Virus record (IMG/VR): IMGVR_UViG_3300042402_004854
Coordinates: 1-64,000 of that record
DNA: 64,000 nucleotides
Strand: one strand, 5' to 3'
DNA from: a virus
Lineage: Duplodnaviria > Heunggongvirae > Uroviricota > Caudoviricetes
Each line of letters starts with the position of its first letter. The stretch's first letter is position 1. The notes beneath the pieces are model-generated. The model saw only the letters and a program-made list of their open reading frames with translations. It did no database searches and had not been told where the DNA came from. A program made the translations under genes and the position numbers. Positions 16,807-26,426 of this stretch are shown here, in pieces.

Positions 16807-18076
16807 TGTTGTTCCACCATTCTAGCACCGCGGGACGACCAGCCAGTATTTCAGCCATGGTGATCGGTTGTGTGCGTATACTTTCTAATTGTAACACACG
16901 TGCCTTGCCTTTTGCAATGCCTTTGGAGTACTGATCCGGCCATTGCTCAGCAAATGTGGGCCGTTGTTTTAGTTGTAATAACACATCACGTAGCGCACCG
17001 TCCACTTGTGGCACAAGTTCATCGATCCACGGATCTAGCAATGACCTGGGCATGGACAAGGGACTCATCACAATGTCTGGTGAGAACGAGAACATTACTT
17101 TAGCAAGGACTTCGACTCCGAATTCCTGGGCAAGTTGTCTAATGTGTGTAACTTCGAACATTCCGGGCAGAGTGAGCGTAAAGTCAATTCGTACTTGACG
17201 TCTGTTACGTTGGATCTCAACTGCTTGACCAAAATGCTCAAGCCACTGATCATACTCAAGGCCTGTTCTAATGTATTCACCAATTGCGCCCGTGCCGTCG
17301 AGACTTGCACATATCTGCCAATCGCGCAGCCCGCTGAGAATATCGCGATATAAGTTAACACCTCGATAATCCACTCTGGATAAATTTGTATTGTATCTAG
17401 CATATACCTTTGGCCCGTCCCCTAATTCAACTATGCGTCGCATATAACGCCAATGTTGTTCGTACATCAAGGGCTCGCCACCTACCCAGTATACTTCTTC
17501 AACACGATGCTGTTCTACTGCTTCGGCAAACTCAGCCTCGATCTGACTGTCCTGAAATGCTGAGATATCTCGACGCACTTCAGGACGCATCCAGGTGTTC
17601 TTGGGATTGGACCAGTCAACCATGTTGTGTTGTTTCTGTTCGGTTTCCCAACTACTACTCAGCATGTCACCACATGTACGACATTTGAAATTGCACAGGT
17701 TGGAGAATCTATAATCCCAACTCACCGGCTGCATTGTGGTGTAGCCTGCTGTATCAGTGGTTTCCCAGATGTCAGGATACTTATGTTTGAACAACTGCCA
17801 AAAATATGTGCGGTAAACATTAGTGTTCAGCAGTTTGTCATTGCACACTTCGCACTCAGGTAGAGTTTCTCCAGCCATCATTCTACTGCGCACACTCCGC
17901 ATGTGCGGCGAGTTCCAGTGTTGTTCCAGTGTGATGGGAATGTATCGACCAGTGCCTGCGGCTGTGTCTATGTACTGCTCAAAGTTCTGTGCAGGTTCAC
18001 GACTCGCACAACACATGCGCCGTTCTGTTTGTGGACTCAAATAGGTATGCACCCAAGGTGCCATGCATAGGCTCAT
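16799..18076 (-). CDS. radical SAM enzyme, Cys/Trp-rich N-terminal extension (family member 1)
   Basis: CNFKCRTCGDMLSSSW (CxxxCxxC then SSxW). N-terminal CMAPWVHTYL...CC...CEVC. Confidence 0.75.
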   Translation of the reverse strand: MSLCMAPWVHTYLSPQTERRMCCASREPAQNFEQYIDTAAGTGRYIPITLEQHWNSPHMRSVRSRMMAGETLPECEVCNDKLLNTNVYRTYFWQLFKHKYPDIWETTDTAGYTTMQPVSWDYRFSNLCNFKCRTCGDMLSSSWETEQKQHNMVDWSNPKNTWMRPEVRRDISAFQDSQIEAEFAEAVEQHRVEEVYWVGGEPLMYEQHWRYMRRIVELGDGPKVYARYNTNLSRVDYRGVNLYRDILSGLRDWQICASLDGTGAIGEYIRTGLEYDQWLEHFGQAVEIQRNRRQVRIDFTLTLPGMFEVTHIRQLAQEFGVEVLAKVMFSFSPDIVMSPLSMPRSLLDPWIDELVPQVDGALRDVLLQLKQRPTFAEQWPDQYSKGIAKGKARVLQLESIRTQPITMAEILAGRPAVLEWWNNIA

Positions 18077-19008
18077 GACTTTTCTGCATAATGTAAAATA
18101 GGCTCCACAATCTGTTTTAAAATTTGATTAATTACAAATTCACGATTGTAAAAATGATCTCGATTGTGTTGCAATCGACGCAAAGTTTCTGCGTCATGGT
18201 CTTTTATAATTATTTCAGATAATATTTTAATTACAGCATCGCGACGTTGGTCTACATCCACAATTTCGTCGTAGCTTTCATCCCACAAATTATCAAATGT
18301 TTCAAAACCCCATGATTTTAGTGTTCGTAATACACCACGATTTCCATATATTATTAATGGATGTTGGAATGCCAGAGGCTTCATGGTTTTTTCTGTAATG
18401 AATATAGGTGTGTATTTGCTCAGTGGACACACAACAGTCTCTACCACCATGCTGCAATACGTCTGATCATACCATTCAGGATCGAAGCGCCTCTGTGTAT
18501 TCCAATCAGTCATATCTCCATCATTAGGAAGTTGGCGGCCTGTACCAACATAACTCCACATCATGTTTTTTAGTAAATGCTGCACAGACTTTACAAACTC
18601 AGTTCTGTGCGGTCTTAATAGGTTCATGGGCATCAGCGCCTGATATACAGGCCTGTACTGTGGTTGGTATCGATCATATTCAAGGTGTTGATACCAGAGA
18701 CTTTCATTATACCAAAACCAAGAATCGCAATGCACTTGGTGCGTATTTGGTATAAGATCTAATATGGCTTCCCATAATGTGTCTATAATAACACGAAACC
18801 CACGATCTACTAACTCTTCCACGGTAACAGGCAACACATTGTTATAGTTAGGAAAGTCTAAACAATTTAAATAAAACCCAGTTCCCGGGTCATATGTACG
18901 TGATGGATCCCAGGGCTCAAATTCTAAATATTGATCAAAAATAGGACGTAACCAATCGCTACCAAATGAACTTATGGGTTTGGCATGTACTATTTTGAAT
19001 CGTTTCAT
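18073..19008 (-). CDS. GT10-family glycosyltransferase paralogue 3
   Basis: SMVVETV...FITEKTMKPLAFQHPLIIYGNRGVLRTLKSWGFETFDNLWDESYDEI. Confidence 0.6.
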   Translation of the reverse strand: MKRFKIVHAKPISSFGSDWLRPIFDQYLEFEPWDPSRTYDPGTGFYLNCLDFPNYNNVLPVTVEELVDRGFRVIIDTLWEAILDLIPNTHQVHCDSWFWYNESLWYQHLEYDRYQPQYRPVYQALMPMNLLRPHRTEFVKSVQHLLKNMMWSYVGTGRQLPNDGDMTDWNTQRRFDPEWYDQTYCSMVVETVVCPLSKYTPIFITEKTMKPLAFQHPLIIYGNRGVLRTLKSWGFETFDNLWDESYDEIVDVDQRRDAVIKILSEIIIKDHDAETLRRLQHNRDHFYNREFVINQILKQIVEPILHYAEKS

Positions 19009-19009
19009 G

Positions 19010-20233
19010 TTAGTTTTGGAAATAGTAATTAATCAGTGAGGCCATTTCTGGAGATACTGCTCTAAAATCTGTTGATCGCTTGCGATCTAAATCTGCAGTT
19101 TTCATGCGCAACATAAATCCATCTGTACTTGCACCACGATTCATAAAGTCAATGATGCGATCAAATTCCTCACGATACTGCGGTGGTATATCTGCTGAAC
19201 GCAAGTATTCTGTAATACCAGTTTTGGCAGTGTCTGGCAATGTGGCTATTGAAAAGTGCCAAGGATCATGCATCATATTCCAGTATACAAAATTAAAACT
19301 TTCTTTGTTTTGGTCAATCCATTGTGCCACTTGATCTAGATAACGTACATTGAACACGTTTACTGTGGTACAAATTTGGAGAACTATATTGCTGTGACAT
19401 TCTTTGAGGTCTCTAAAACGATCTAAATTTGTGCAGACTTCTTGCCAGTCTGCATTGGTGCGTTGATATTCAAATCTCTCACCAATATCATCAATGCTAA
19501 ATGCAATTTCAACAGTTTTAAAATGGCGCCAAATTGCTTCACCACGTTCAGGCCAGTGTGTGCCATTGGTATTGTAGTGTATTTCAACTTGGTGCGCAAT
19601 ACCGCAATCAACAATGCCTTGCAACATGTCAAAGTGTTCGTCAATCATGAATGGTTCACCGCCAGTGAATTCAATATAGCGTATATCTGTTAATACTGTG
19701 TTAATTTCATCCCAGAATTTTTTATTCTCTCTAGGCCATGCGCCGGCTCGAAGCATGAAGTAATGATAATTGTTCTTTTTATCTACGTCCCGGGGCAGTG
19801 CATTTAGTTCTTCTGTGGCGTATTGACTGCTCGACCATGACCCGCAGATACGGCATTTTAAATTACAGATGTTGCCTAGTTTCAAATCCAAAAACATTAG
19901 CGGTTTGGCGTCTGCTGTCCACTCCTGATCAGGTACTATGTGTTTGAGTCTGTTTAACGTGTGCATGCGTTTGCTGGTACGACCTGAACGTTCCTCACTC
20001 CAACAACGCCTACATGTTTGCGGTTTTTCGCCGGCCAAGAACTTTTCTCGTAACTGTCGCATGTGGTTGCTGTTTTGTACATCAATAAACGATGCTGTAG
20101 AGAGTTCAAACTTTTCGCCATTGTTATTTAATATTTCATCATCAGCAAGACAACACGGTCGCACAGTACCAATAGGACTGGCTTCAAGGCTGACCCAGGG
20201 CAGTACACAAAATTTATCATGTGGAATATTCAT
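19010..20233 (-). CDS. radical SAM enzyme, Cys/Trp-rich N-terminal extension (family member 2)
   Basis: CNLKCRICGSWSSSQY. N-terminal FCVLPWVSLEASPIGTVRPCC...CRRCW. Confidence 0.75.
   Translation of the reverse strand: MNIPHDKFCVLPWVSLEASPIGTVRPCCLADDEILNNNGEKFELSTASFIDVQNSNHMRQLREKFLAGEKPQTCRRCWSEERSGRTSKRMHTLNRLKHIVPDQEWTADAKPLMFLDLKLGNICNLKCRICGSWSSSQYATEELNALPRDVDKKNNYHYFMLRAGAWPRENKKFWDEINTVLTDIRYIEFTGGEPFMIDEHFDMLQGIVDCGIAHQVEIHYNTNGTHWPERGEAIWRHFKTVEIAFSIDDIGERFEYQRTNADWQEVCTNLDRFRDLKECHSNIVLQICTTVNVFNVRYLDQVAQWIDQNKESFNFVYWNMMHDPWHFSIATLPDTAKTGITEYLRSADIPPQYREEFDRIIDFMNRGASTDGFMLRMKTADLDRKRSTDFRAVSPEMASLINYYFQN
20202..20233 (-). repeat. 32-bp direct repeat copy 1 (covers start codon and first 9 codons of rSAM member 2)
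   Basis: agtacacaaaatttatcatgtggaatattcat is 31/32 identical to 20950-20981. Confidence 0.8.
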
Positions 20234-20925
20234 AGTTTTGTTATAAATTGTTTATTGGTTTCAGTTAAAAAATATTGCTGCTCTGACATCAACCACTTGC
20301 AAGCTTTGTCAAAATTTTCTTTAACCAAAAATGGAATTTTAATATTTTTCAATGTGCAAATTGCATGGCACCAGGCAAGCCAGGGGATATTATTAGTTAT
20401 ATCAATCCGGTCTAATGTCCAACAAGATTTTTTATAATTGTCAATGGATTCAAGTACAAATCTTGTGTTGGGGGTGTGTTTTACTTTGTACCGATCTAAG
20501 CATGCAAAAACTTGTTGGGCAAATATTGTTGGGTTGTCAAACATCAGATCAGCATCAATTATAATGTTGTCAAGATAATCTTGAAAAAACTGCCCGTTGG
20601 TTTCCATGCGCCAACGTGCATTGTTAGACAATGCATACAGTAATTCTGCATTTTTAAGATTTGCCATACTTCCCTCAGTGGTGTAGGATTTATAATAGGC
20701 ATTCAAATAAGTTACGAATTGTGATTTAAAACTTGCAAAAGATCCTACTACCATGCCTTGAGGATTGTTTTCATGACTAAAATAAATTTGATTACTTTTT
20801 GGGTATTTGTGAAAGTTTTTAGACGTGGGCACTATATCAAAATTATTTGTTTCCAATGAATACATTAGATTGGATAGCCAATTCCCTCCCTGACCAGTGG
20901 GATATGTAATACAAATTTTGGTCAT
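20230..20925 (-). CDS. hypothetical protein (231 aa), flanked by 32-bp direct repeats
   Basis: ORF track; N-terminal ITYPTGQGGNW. No family recognised. Confidence 0.55.
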   Translation of the reverse strand: MTKICITYPTGQGGNWLSNLMYSLETNNFDIVPTSKNFHKYPKSNQIYFSHENNPQGMVVGSFASFKSQFVTYLNAYYKSYTTEGSMANLKNAELLYALSNNARWRMETNGQFFQDYLDNIIIDADLMFDNPTIFAQQVFACLDRYKVKHTPNTRFVLESIDNYKKSCWTLDRIDITNNIPWLAWCHAICTLKNIKIPFLVKENFDKACKWLMSEQQYFLTETNKQFITKL

Positions 20926-20949
20926 TTAAGCACTGTCAATTCAGAAGAT

Positions 20950-20981
20950 AGTACGCAAAATTTATCATGTGGAATATTCAT
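20950..20981 (-). repeat. 32-bp direct repeat copy 2 (encodes orphan MNIPHDKFCV fragment then stops)
   Basis: agtacgcaaaatttatcatgtggaatattcat. Its ATG overlaps the TAA of the B12-rSAM gene (TAATG), exactly as copy 1 abuts the stop of 20230..20925. Confidence 0.8.
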
Positions 20982-22741
20982 TAACAATCCAGTAACATTG
21001 TTTTTAATTCAAGATATTTGTCATTATCAAATTGTATATCATCATTTATGTTTGCATGCATGTTTGTAATTTTTTCAATCAGCGTTGGGTTAGCCATGAG
21101 ATGTGCATGTATCAACGTTTGTATTTCCACGGGCATCAATACGGGCTCTGTTCCCAATAACCCATAATGATCAGGGTAAACCTTGATGGCTAATGGTGTG
21201 CCAAAAAAATTGTCTATGTCTGAACGATGTAATCGTAGACTGTCTATCAATTGATTGAGTTCAGGAGTGTTTCTACTCATGGGCAGTCTCAACGCTGTGG
21301 CCACTTCTTGTAAAATCAGTCTGCGACGACACCTTTCAAAAAATGTCAATTCTGGATTGGTTTCTAATAGCCAGAGTATGTCTGATCCTCGACCAAAATT
21401 CAACCCAATTTGTTCTTGCATGTTCCACAGCGGGGTCTGTGGATGATGAGTGTATGGAGTTCCCAGAGTAATTTTGTACACTGTACCTGATGCACAATAT
21501 TGTTGATATCGTACAAACATGTTCACGGTGTCTAAAAAATCCGCCCAGGTTTCTGTGGGATAACAACTAAAAAATAGCAACACACAAACAATACCACGAC
21601 GATCAAATTCTGCTAGTTCATGATCAATATCTGCTGTAGTAAATTGTTTTTTCATGTGATCACGAACTGCATCACTACCGCTTTCCACACCAATAGTTAA
21701 CCCTTCTCCGCCGCTGAGTTTGAGCAGGTCATAGTATTCATCGTTGAGCACGTTTGATCTAGATCTAGTGATGTATTGCCCTACCCATTTGATAGCACTG
21801 TCTGGGTTGGCAGTGTTGTGCTGAGCCAATGTTGAAATAAAATTTTGAAATGCTGTCAAGCTACCATTCACCAAGCTGTCGCTCATGTAAAATTTTTTAA
21901 CACCATGGCGATGATACAAATGAATCATTTCCCGTGCAATATGGTCACCTGATCTAAATTTAAATTTAGGCCACAGCACTGGTATATCACAAAACGTACA
22001 TTTACGAACACAACCTTTACTGCCAGTGATGGGAATTATAGGTTCGTTTACATAATTATATTCTGTTAATTCGTAGTCATCAAAATCTACAAATGGTATT
22101 GCTTCAATGTCAATTTTTTCAACACTACCAGTTATACTGGATTCGGTTGATCCCGACAACAAATCTACAATAGCTTGCTCTCCATCGCCTTGTATAATTG
22201 AATCTACTACTTGATAAAACAACAATGTCTCGCTGAAATTTTTGTGAGGGTATGACCCAAAAAAACTTTTCATTTTATTGACAAATCGCCTGTGATCAGG
22301 GCCTAATGCATAACTACTGGCTCCTCGACCACCTAATACAATACGAATATCAGGCAATAGTCGTTGCACTTCTAAACACAAAGCCAAAGTGGCTTTGTGA
22401 CTTTTATAACTAAACACACTGATCCCTAGCCAACGTGGATTTTTTTCAGCAATTAGTTTGATGCTGATATCCAGCCATTGACGTATTAACTCTAAATCAT
22501 TGTCAAAAAATGCCAGCACAGGATCTATGGTATCATTTACATGTGTGCTTACGTTTTCAAAATTGTATTGTACTTGAAAAAATCGGTCGTTAGTTTTACA
22601 AATCTTTTTCAGTTCTAAATTTAAGTCAAGAGTGTTTGCAGTAAATCCTGCTGCAATTGCACAGCTTTTAATTACAGCAGGACTACTGGGTGGATATTGT
22701 AAGTCCAGCACAGGAACTGAGACTACTAATAAATCTAGCAT
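20981..22741 (-). CDS. large radical SAM enzyme, probable B12-binding (class B) type, paralogue A
   Basis: 586 aa. CVRKCTFCDIPVLW (CxxxCxxC) about 230 aa from the N-terminus. The N-terminal ~200 aa is consistent with a cobalamin-binding domain preceding the rSAM core. Paralogous to 27803..29620. Confidence 0.6.
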   Translation of the reverse strand: MLDLLVVSVPVLDLQYPPSSPAVIKSCAIAAGFTANTLDLNLELKKICKTNDRFFQVQYNFENVSTHVNDTIDPVLAFFDNDLELIRQWLDISIKLIAEKNPRWLGISVFSYKSHKATLALCLEVQRLLPDIRIVLGGRGASSYALGPDHRRFVNKMKSFFGSYPHKNFSETLLFYQVVDSIIQGDGEQAIVDLLSGSTESSITGSVEKIDIEAIPFVDFDDYELTEYNYVNEPIIPITGSKGCVRKCTFCDIPVLWPKFKFRSGDHIAREMIHLYHRHGVKKFYMSDSLVNGSLTAFQNFISTLAQHNTANPDSAIKWVGQYITRSRSNVLNDEYYDLLKLSGGEGLTIGVESGSDAVRDHMKKQFTTADIDHELAEFDRRGIVCVLLFFSCYPTETWADFLDTVNMFVRYQQYCASGTVYKITLGTPYTHHPQTPLWNMQEQIGLNFGRGSDILWLLETNPELTFFERCRRRLILQEVATALRLPMSRNTPELNQLIDSLRLHRSDIDNFFGTPLAIKVYPDHYGLLGTEPVLMPVEIQTLIHAHLMANPTLIEKITNMHANINDDIQFDNDKYLELKTMLLDC

Positions 22742-23997
22742 AGTGCCTTTAATTCCGGAATAGTTTCCATTATGTTTTCTCTCCTGATGTTATCCAACTC
22801 ATGTGTTTTACGCCAGAATGTATCTATCAAGTGTGTGTTGTCTGTGGCCATCATAAACTTGACGGCGCTTTCAAATCCTGTTGTGGCACGTTGCAAAGGA
22901 TCTTGATCACGCAACCACATGATGTGATTCAGATACCTTGTGCCCAGTTCTTGTTTGTATTCAGCTGGTGCAATATCTATTCTGTAGTATGCAGGATCTT
23001 GCAATATATTTACGTTCAAATCTTGTGGTCGGATTAGGCCTTTTTCTACCCATTCACGATGGAACTCAGGCAAATGGTGTGCATTTAATATGCTCAACGT
23101 AGGGCTGATATAAAAGTCTACTTCTGGACATATCTCTAACATGTCTCTGCGATTTTGTTCTACCACTGCCCAATCTGTACCTTTGCGAATGTACTCTCCT
23201 CGTGTGCCCGAGTCGTCCAAACTTGCTCCCACTGCCACACTATCAAACTGTTTCCAGTATTCAAATACGCTTTTACCTCGGAGTTCAGTGTGTGTAAAGT
23301 TTGTGTTGTAGATCAATCGTACATCAAAACGTTTTCTTCGAACTAACTCCTCCAAGATGTTGTAGTGTTCTTCCATCAGCAAGGGTTCACCGCCAGCAAA
23401 GTAAATTTGCTCTACATAGTCCAAATGTGGTTCCAATTGTTCCCACATGTCTAGTTCAGTGCGCCCTGCGTAATTTAATACTGTGTTGCGATCTTTCCAG
23501 TTACCGCCGGCTAGTTTCGCCTGATCTTGGTACCATTGACTGCTGAATATATGCCCACAACTGCGGCATTTTAGATTGCACAAGTTACTGAAACGAATAT
23601 CCCAGTACGTCATTTCAAACGGATTTGTGTTAAGTTTTTTAATATGATGCCCGTGATGTTTGTTTGCACTCTTTCGTCCACTGAAGAATCCATTTGCTTC
23701 TTGCTCATAGCAACGACCGCAGGCAGCATTGGGTGTTTCCGTCAACATGTCCTGGCGCAGTTGTTGCATGGGCACATCAGTCCAGATTTCTGCCAAGGTA
23801 TTTTTACGGCAGTTGCCCACTTGTCCCACACTCATCTCAGCATGGCAGCATGGGTATGCTTCTCCTGTGGGATAGGCGTGCAAATGTATCCAAGGATACA
23901 TGCAAAATGTTTTTGATTCAGTCAGCAAGAATTGTTCACGTTGTGTGAGTTCAGTAGGGCGTACTAAATCGGTGCTGTTATACTTGTATTGAGTCAT
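22735..23997 (-). CDS. radical SAM enzyme, Cys/Trp-rich N-terminal extension (family member 3)
   Basis: CNLKCRSCGHIFSSQW. N-terminal FCMYPWIHLHAYPTGEAYPCC...CGRCY. Confidence 0.75.
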   Translation of the reverse strand: MTQYKYNSTDLVRPTELTQREQFLLTESKTFCMYPWIHLHAYPTGEAYPCCHAEMSVGQVGNCRKNTLAEIWTDVPMQQLRQDMLTETPNAACGRCYEQEANGFFSGRKSANKHHGHHIKKLNTNPFEMTYWDIRFSNLCNLKCRSCGHIFSSQWYQDQAKLAGGNWKDRNTVLNYAGRTELDMWEQLEPHLDYVEQIYFAGGEPLLMEEHYNILEELVRRKRFDVRLIYNTNFTHTELRGKSVFEYWKQFDSVAVGASLDDSGTRGEYIRKGTDWAVVEQNRRDMLEICPEVDFYISPTLSILNAHHLPEFHREWVEKGLIRPQDLNVNILQDPAYYRIDIAPAEYKQELGTRYLNHIMWLRDQDPLQRATTGFESAVKFMMATDNTHLIDTFWRKTHELDNIRRENIMETIPELKALC

Positions 23998-25321
23998 ACC
24001 ATTCTGCTAGATTAGGAAATGACACAGCAAAGTTTTTGTCTCTGCGTTGGTCGTACTGTGTGTAGAACTGTTTAAAGTCATTCAATAGTTTGGGCAATTC
24101 AAATGCTTCCGAGTGTGGAGTTTTTACCACGTCAAGATAATCAATCAGCCGTTGTACATGGTTTACTTCGTGTTCGTGCAAACAGGGATTTTCTCTATTG
24201 TGAAACAACCATGCTTCTAACTGCAAGCGATAACGATTGCGTAGGTGATCAGGCAATACTAGAGCACTTTGAAAACTGGGGAAACGTAAAATGTTCAAGG
24301 TAAAGTTGACTTGGTCCCGCCCGTAACGTTGCTTCAATGTCAACATCATGTTGAGATGATCCACAAGACTATCCAAACACACTGCATTGATAGTACACAT
24401 CACATGCACAGCACTGACAAATCGACCTTCCAACAAAAACAACACATTGTTGAGCCATTGATCATAATCCAAACCATCTCTAATATACTCTGCTTGTTTC
24501 CACGTGGCTTCCATTGAAGTATATAGATCCACCCGGGGCAATGTGGCAATTGCTGCGGCAAAGTCTTTGATCTTTTCCAACTCAATACCAAGATTTGAAT
24601 TGATGGCCAACTGGGTGTTACTGCGTCCTTGATTGGCTTTGAACCACTCAATCAGTTTCCAAGTATAGCCTGACATTAGTGGCTCGCCGCCGGTTATTCG
24701 GAGTTCTTGCAAGGTTCTGTGGAGGTCTCGTTCCCACCAGTCAAAGAAGGCGTCCACGTAAGGATTAGTCTCACCGAATTTATAAAGTTGACTACTATCA
24801 TGAGTGTGAGTAAAATGGTTCCTACCATCGCTAACCAGCCCGTTGTAGGGTCCATGCTTGCGTATATCATTGACCCAAGTGGAACTAAAAGCAGGATTGC
24901 AATAAGAACAAGCAAATTGACAAGTGCGATCGAAACTGATTTCCAGTGTTCTAAGATTGACATCATCTTGGATGGGAGTTTTAACTGCTTCATGTAGTGC
25001 CTTTATAGGATAAATTTTACTTTTGTACACACGGTCACTCACAGCGTCAGTGTGCATGTCTTCAATCTTCCAGCAGTATTCACAGCCTGCTGGACGTTCG
25101 CCGGCTAGCATTTGCTGCCGGTCCGCTTTCTTTTGATCAGTATTGTGCAACAGCCTAGAGTTGAGCCGGACTTTATCAATGTCTACCAAATGGGCTGGCG
25201 GGTGATGGCAACTTGTGGTCTGCCCACTTCCTAACCAAATGGTAGCATTGTACCATTTCGCTGCACAAAAACTCGGGGATACAGGATCTAACACCTGTTG
25301 TTTAAATTCTAAATCATTCAT
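23978..25321 (-). CDS. radical SAM enzyme, Cys-rich N-terminal extension (family member 4); start trimmed to Met41 of track ORF 23978..25441
   Basis: CQFACSYCNPAFSSTW. N-terminal FCAAKWYNATIWLGSGQTTSCHHPP...CEYCW. The ATG at 25321 abuts the stop of the GT10 gene at 25314; the longer track ORF would overlap it by 128 nt. Confidence 0.7.
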   Translation of the reverse strand: MNDLEFKQQVLDPVSPSFCAAKWYNATIWLGSGQTTSCHHPPAHLVDIDKVRLNSRLLHNTDQKKADRQQMLAGERPAGCEYCWKIEDMHTDAVSDRVYKSKIYPIKALHEAVKTPIQDDVNLRTLEISFDRTCQFACSYCNPAFSSTWVNDIRKHGPYNGLVSDGRNHFTHTHDSSQLYKFGETNPYVDAFFDWWERDLHRTLQELRITGGEPLMSGYTWKLIEWFKANQGRSNTQLAINSNLGIELEKIKDFAAAIATLPRVDLYTSMEATWKQAEYIRDGLDYDQWLNNVLFLLEGRFVSAVHVMCTINAVCLDSLVDHLNMMLTLKQRYGRDQVNFTLNILRFPSFQSALVLPDHLRNRYRLQLEAWLFHNRENPCLHEHEVNHVQRLIDYLDVVKTPHSEAFELPKLLNDFKQFYTQYDQRRDKNFAVSFPNLAEWYDSIQV

Positions 25322-26426
25322 TGATGTATTGGGCCAAACGTTGGGGGAGTTCTGCACGTTCGCGACGATTGTGTTCACGAAGTTGTTGATAGTTGTATTT
25401 ACAAACTGATCGGGCTGCCTCCAAGAATTCAGCAGCACCATTATAACATATATCTGCTACTGTGTCTACTATTCTATTGGCGCGGTCTGTGGGATCATCG
25501 ATCTGATCAAAACTTTCATCAATCAGTTTCCCAAATGTTTGGAATCCTGCTGAATGTAAATCTCTGTAGTATCCCGGGTTGGCTGCTGCCACAAACGGAT
25601 GCCCCATGATCATAGGCTTCCAAATTTTCTCTGTGCGGAATGTGTGTGGATAATCAAATATGGTTTCTGTTACCACTGAGAAGTATGTGTCAATATAGGG
25701 TGCAGGATTGATTTCAGCATCACCCCAGGTGTTGTTGAACAGTCGATGTTTTACAAATCCTGTGGGCACTGTGTCCATATTGGGCAGTGCGCGGTCAATT
25801 TCGTATTGACGAGGTAACAATCGCACAGGCTCAGCATTGCCAGTTTGCAAACGACTGCTCCAGGCCATTTCCACACGATCATTGAGATTGGTCCACAGCG
25901 CTCGATCCAACAACTGTCGATCACGCATGGCATCAATCAAGTACTTGCGATGTGGACGCAGCCGTCCATTTAGGAACAGGAAGTCATAAGGTTTGTTTTG
26001 TTTGTGATACACCTGTGGGTAAGACTCGTGCGCACGTAAGTTTTCCAAATACTCCACAATGTTGGAGAAGTAGCAGTCTGTTTTACAGTACTTCCAGCCT
26101 GGTTCCAAGTCACCTGATGTCAGCAACAAGATGTCACCCCGACGAACTTGTTCTTTAATGCGCAGGCGTGTGAGTTGCAACAATATGGTTTCACTGCCTT
26201 CTGCAGGATTTGAAAACACAATACGTCCAGGATATTGTTGTGCCCACTCTGTTATTTCTATCCAATTGTCTTTTAATATCACACGCCCAACAATGTAAAT
26301 ATTGTCTGGGTCAAGCACAACGTCTGACCATTGCCAAAAACTGCCATCCGCATGTGTCTTGAGTAAGTCCCATACTTCGGCCCACTCATCCACAATGATT
26401 TTACGATTGCCTAGCATGGTATGCAC
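25314..26426 (-). CDS. GT10-family glycosyltransferase paralogue 4
   Basis: FRTEKIWKPMIMGHPFVAAANPGYYRDLHSAGFQTFGKLIDESFDQ. Confidence 0.6.
   Translation of the reverse strand: MHTMLGNRKIIVDEWAEVWDLLKTHADGSFWQWSDVVLDPDNIYIVGRVILKDNWIEITEWAQQYPGRIVFSNPAEGSETILLQLTRLRIKEQVRRGDILLLTSGDLEPGWKYCKTDCYFSNIVEYLENLRAHESYPQVYHKQNKPYDFLFLNGRLRPHRKYLIDAMRDRQLLDRALWTNLNDRVEMAWSSRLQTGNAEPVRLLPRQYEIDRALPNMDTVPTGFVKHRLFNNTWGDAEINPAPYIDTYFSVVTETIFDYPHTFRTEKIWKPMIMGHPFVAAANPGYYRDLHSAGFQTFGKLIDESFDQIDDPTDRANRIVDTVADICYNGAAEFLEAARSVCKYNYQQLREHNRRERAELPQRLAQYINE

Noticed and set aside
25322-25441. First 40 codons of track ORF 23978..25441
   Set aside because: They would overlap the upstream GT10 gene by 128 nt. 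Met41 at 25321 abuts that gene stop exactly, as at every other junction in the block.
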